A program made the translations under genes and the position numbers. A stretch of DNA of 64,000 bases from Penicillus capitatus (taxonomy: Eukaryota > Plantae > Chlorophyta): the NCBI GenBank assembly GCA_965649825.1, contig OZ287696.1, positions 2,171,724 through 2,235,723 of the forward strand. Direction: 5' to 3'. The stretch's first letter is position 1. Every line of letters begins with the position of its first letter. Under the pieces are notes generated by a model. The model did no database searches and was not told the DNA's origin. It worked only from the letters and a program-made list of their open reading frames with translations. This document shows positions 61,408-64,000 of this stretch, piece after piece.

Positions 61408-63037
61408 GAAGACAGTGAGTATATATACCTTGTATTCTTGTGCATAGACGCTTTTTAAGAAGAGCAGTCTCGTTTTCTGAACCTCTGCGCTATGGGATCA
61501 CAGCAATAACAGCTGTCCCTAGCCCAGTAAGCCATGAACTCGATTTAGAATAGAAAAGGACTCTGATTATTGTTAACATAAGCGTGTGTTCATCATGAGC
61601 TGTGCAGATGTCTTTGCCAGACGGCCAATCTGCAATGCACGCGATTGCACAAAAACTCCAGCCACGAACGAGCACTCAGCTGTTCAAAACCCGGTCAGTA
61701 ACCGTGAGAAAACAGTTGTCACAGCTGCGCAGCACACAGCAATGGACATCCAGTTCTCAACGGAGAGGAGAACCTAATGAATTGTTTGACAGGAAAGCGA
61801 CGTCGGAAAGGGGAAGGAGGAAAGTAGAGAGATAGAGGGAAGCACTCGATATGCTTTCGGCAACGCCTTGAGCAATATAGAGGAACATCTTTTCGTGCGT
61901 TGAATCATCGCTATTTGTTTCCAGTAACATGTCGATATCATAACTAAACTACTAACAAGCGCTCTTACTGCCGTGACTTGAAAGATGGAAACATTCTCTA
62001 GCAGTAATTTGCAAAAAGCTAACGAAAAGCAAATCCAGCAGCTGCAGTCATGGCAAGCACATATAGTCGTTCCAATAAAACCTGAGAAAAAAAATGGATT
62101 CGATAGATCACATCAACCGATACGCATGCAACTGGTACCCGGTTGTTATGAGCCAGAATCAGATGTAAGTGTCTTAAAGGCGTTCACAAAGGAAATGTCA
62201 AAAGACGAAAACCTCGTATTGTCTTTCTATTTATTTACATGATGTGACCATCATCATTGTCGCGTTGTCGGTTGACGACGAAGGCTTATAGCTTACAGAA
62301 GACTGTTGAATCATTAACAATCCGGATTATATACGCGTCGAACGTCACATCAACGCGTCTTCGTCGTCAGCTGCACGAAGGTGGACAGCTGTTCACTGAC
62401 AATCGTGTCGCTATCATCATGACTTATTAACATCTCTCGACACCGGTAATTTTGAATGAGAGCCTCCTGCAAGTGGATATCGAATGCCCTTAATCACCGT
62501 GAAGGCAAACGGTTTGCAAAACGCGAGAAAATGTGATCGGAACAGGCAAACGGGTTTTGCTGAAGGCCAACACAGACGGAACCGGATTAGACGAGTGAGA
62601 GGTACGTTGTTAAAGGCAGACAAACGCATCATTGAACTCCAATCCATGCATTTTGTACAAGTCGGCCAAAAAAGCTTCCAACGCTGCTGACCGGTGTGAA
62701 CTCCGTATGGTGTGGAACCATGGTAGTCACATTGATGACAAGGGACGGGAAAGATGGCAGTTTGATGCGACAGACAATACTGATGGGATGCTGCGATCGA
62801 AGGAATAAAATCAGACTCCATGATGAATTGTGTGGCAAAACGTTTTGGTTTTTAAAGATTCACTGCGTAGCACCAATGGCCGATGCCAAACACGCTCGAC
62901 CGAATGACACCGGTAAAGGCTGCTAATCCGAGCCCTGTATGACAAATTGGCAGAGAGCTTTCAGATATGAAGCAGTGTCTAACTAAAGCGATTCGGCTCA
63001 CGATTGAAAGTGTCCGGCAGAGATGGCCTTATGGATA

Positions 63038-63560
63038 TGTAGTTACCTCTCATGCGCCCGTAACCACTGAAAGTGGTCGAGCCGTTTCATAACCATCCTG
63101 GCGCGCGAACCATCAGTTGCGACATATGTCGGCTCCCCTGGCCAAATTCCCAATAACAATCGGCTGAGGTTATTGACGGGAATGGGTCGGATATCGTGCG
63201 CCGCGGTTGCGCACACGCGTAAAGGCGAACGGAGGGAACAGTGTTGAGCCAATGCAAAGACTACTTACACGGTGCGTCCAGTCAGCTAAATACCCTCGGC
63301 ACCCGCGGACTGCTACCACGTCAGGAAGCGGACAGCGTGCCTGGTCCGCGGGGCCACAATCGTTGTCCTATACTCGTCAGTTATTAAATTTGCGTTAGAG
63401 TTCGCAGCTGTTAGGCCAGTAGATTAGGAGATCCTTAACCATTGGGGGTATTTAAGGCTGACATTAGCTTGTAATTTAACTCGTGTTCGTATCTCAGCAC
63501 CCGATTGCGTTTCCGTTCGTTTGCCGCACCTGTTACGACTCGTCACTTGAACGCATTGTA
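63038..63560 (+). mobile_element. LTR of a family related to element A (3' boundary unresolved)
   Basis: Starts TGTAG. Blocks homologous to the element A LTR: gtaaccac, gagccg, cataaccatcc, tgtcggctc, gagttcgcagctgttagg, ggtat.taagg, tgtaa, tgttcgtatc, gattgcgtttccgt. Extra ~230 bp in U3. Confidence 0.8.
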
Positions 63561-63839
63561 ACTGTGAGAGGTAGCTGGTTCCGCCTCGGGTCTTCTGGCG
63601 AGGAAACGCTGCTGGCGTGCCAACCGTCCTTGTGGCGCCACGCCAGCAGAACATCACTGGAACGCATGACGCGAGGTGTGAGTGACGATGCGCTTACATA
63701 ATGATGTGACTCTCACACTGCTGGGTATTTAAACGGAACTGCCCTGTTGTGTTCGTCCTCTAGCTATGTAAATAGCATTGCCGACGGAGTCCCCTGCGCG
63801 ACTCGCTATCCGGTCCGGACTCGGCCGCCGGGTCGACGT

Positions 63840-64000
63840 TCACACGGGTGGCGGAGATTTTCCAAGGACTCGGAGCCGTGCAATACGCCGACGATCTCCT
63901 TGTTGGCGGTGTTACCCCAGAAGAACTCTGCAACCGCGTCCGCAGCATTTTTGCGCGTTTTCAAGAGTTTGACCTCAAGGTCAACCTTGCTAAGACAGAG
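63840..64000 (+). mobile_element. LTR-retrotransposon reverse transcriptase fragment running off the window edge
   Basis: STFTRVAEIFQGLGAVQYADDLLVGG...FARFQEFDLKVNLAKTE. Confidence 0.8.

Larger units (their letters stand above)
51811..61502 (+). mobile_element. Ty3/gypsy LTR retrotransposon (element B, outer), hosting element C
   Basis: Identical 149-bp TG...CA LTRs (51811..51959, 61354..61502); 4-bp TSD GCAA; PBS TGGTTTCGGAGC at 51962..51973. Confidence 0.95.
49816..62085 (-). pseudogene. EamA/SLC35G-type (DMT superfamily) transporter pseudogene interrupted by the LINE and the nested LTR pair
   Basis: Minus-strand relic SLAFCKLLLENVSIFQVTAVRALVSSLVMISTCYWKQ / FLYIAQGVAESISSASLYLSTFLLPLSDVAFL / QSRALQIGRLAKTS / RVLFYSKSSSWLTGLGTAVIA. 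Removing the TEs at their TSDs continues the frame to ITVLLIITSSSSETKRIEERRRQHLLVAEDAELGS* (TGA 49818-49816). Frameshifts, stops and internal deletions present. Confidence 0.68.

Overview
Eukaryotic nuclear DNA from a chlorophyte green alga in the standard genetic code. Support: Lhca7/8-type antenna, TOC159, SOQ1, ~45-60 nt GT-AG introns, and a TGTAA poly(A) signal in LTRs; a siphonous ulvophyte is plausible but not provable here. Left part (1-36.4 kb) is gene-dense: ankyrin protein, ARM/coiled-coil protein, Na+/K+-type P2C ATPase with a long Cys-rich M7-M8 insertion, ankyrin-DHYC palmitoyltransferase, TOC159, three tandem small membrane paralogues, rolling-stone-like protein, Lhca, YTH m6A reader and SOQ1. 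Right part (38-64 kb) is an accessory, TE-rich block. It holds an NLR-like STAND gene (helical N-domain, NACHT, 14 near-identical 37-aa HEAT repeats with variation concentrated in one helix). A very young Ty3/gypsy element (identical 340-bp LTRs, GGTGC TSD) splits that repeat array, and its ends form GT...CAG sites whose splicing would restore the ORF exactly. Further right are a 5'-truncated LINE (15-bp TSD) and two nested Ty3/gypsy elements, all inserted into an EamA/SLC35G pseudogene. The inner element has a textbook -1 frameshift pseudoknot downstream of the protease and a membrane-type ORF1. A related LTR and an RT fragment lie at the right edge. All identifications come from motif recognition by eye; no searches were run.
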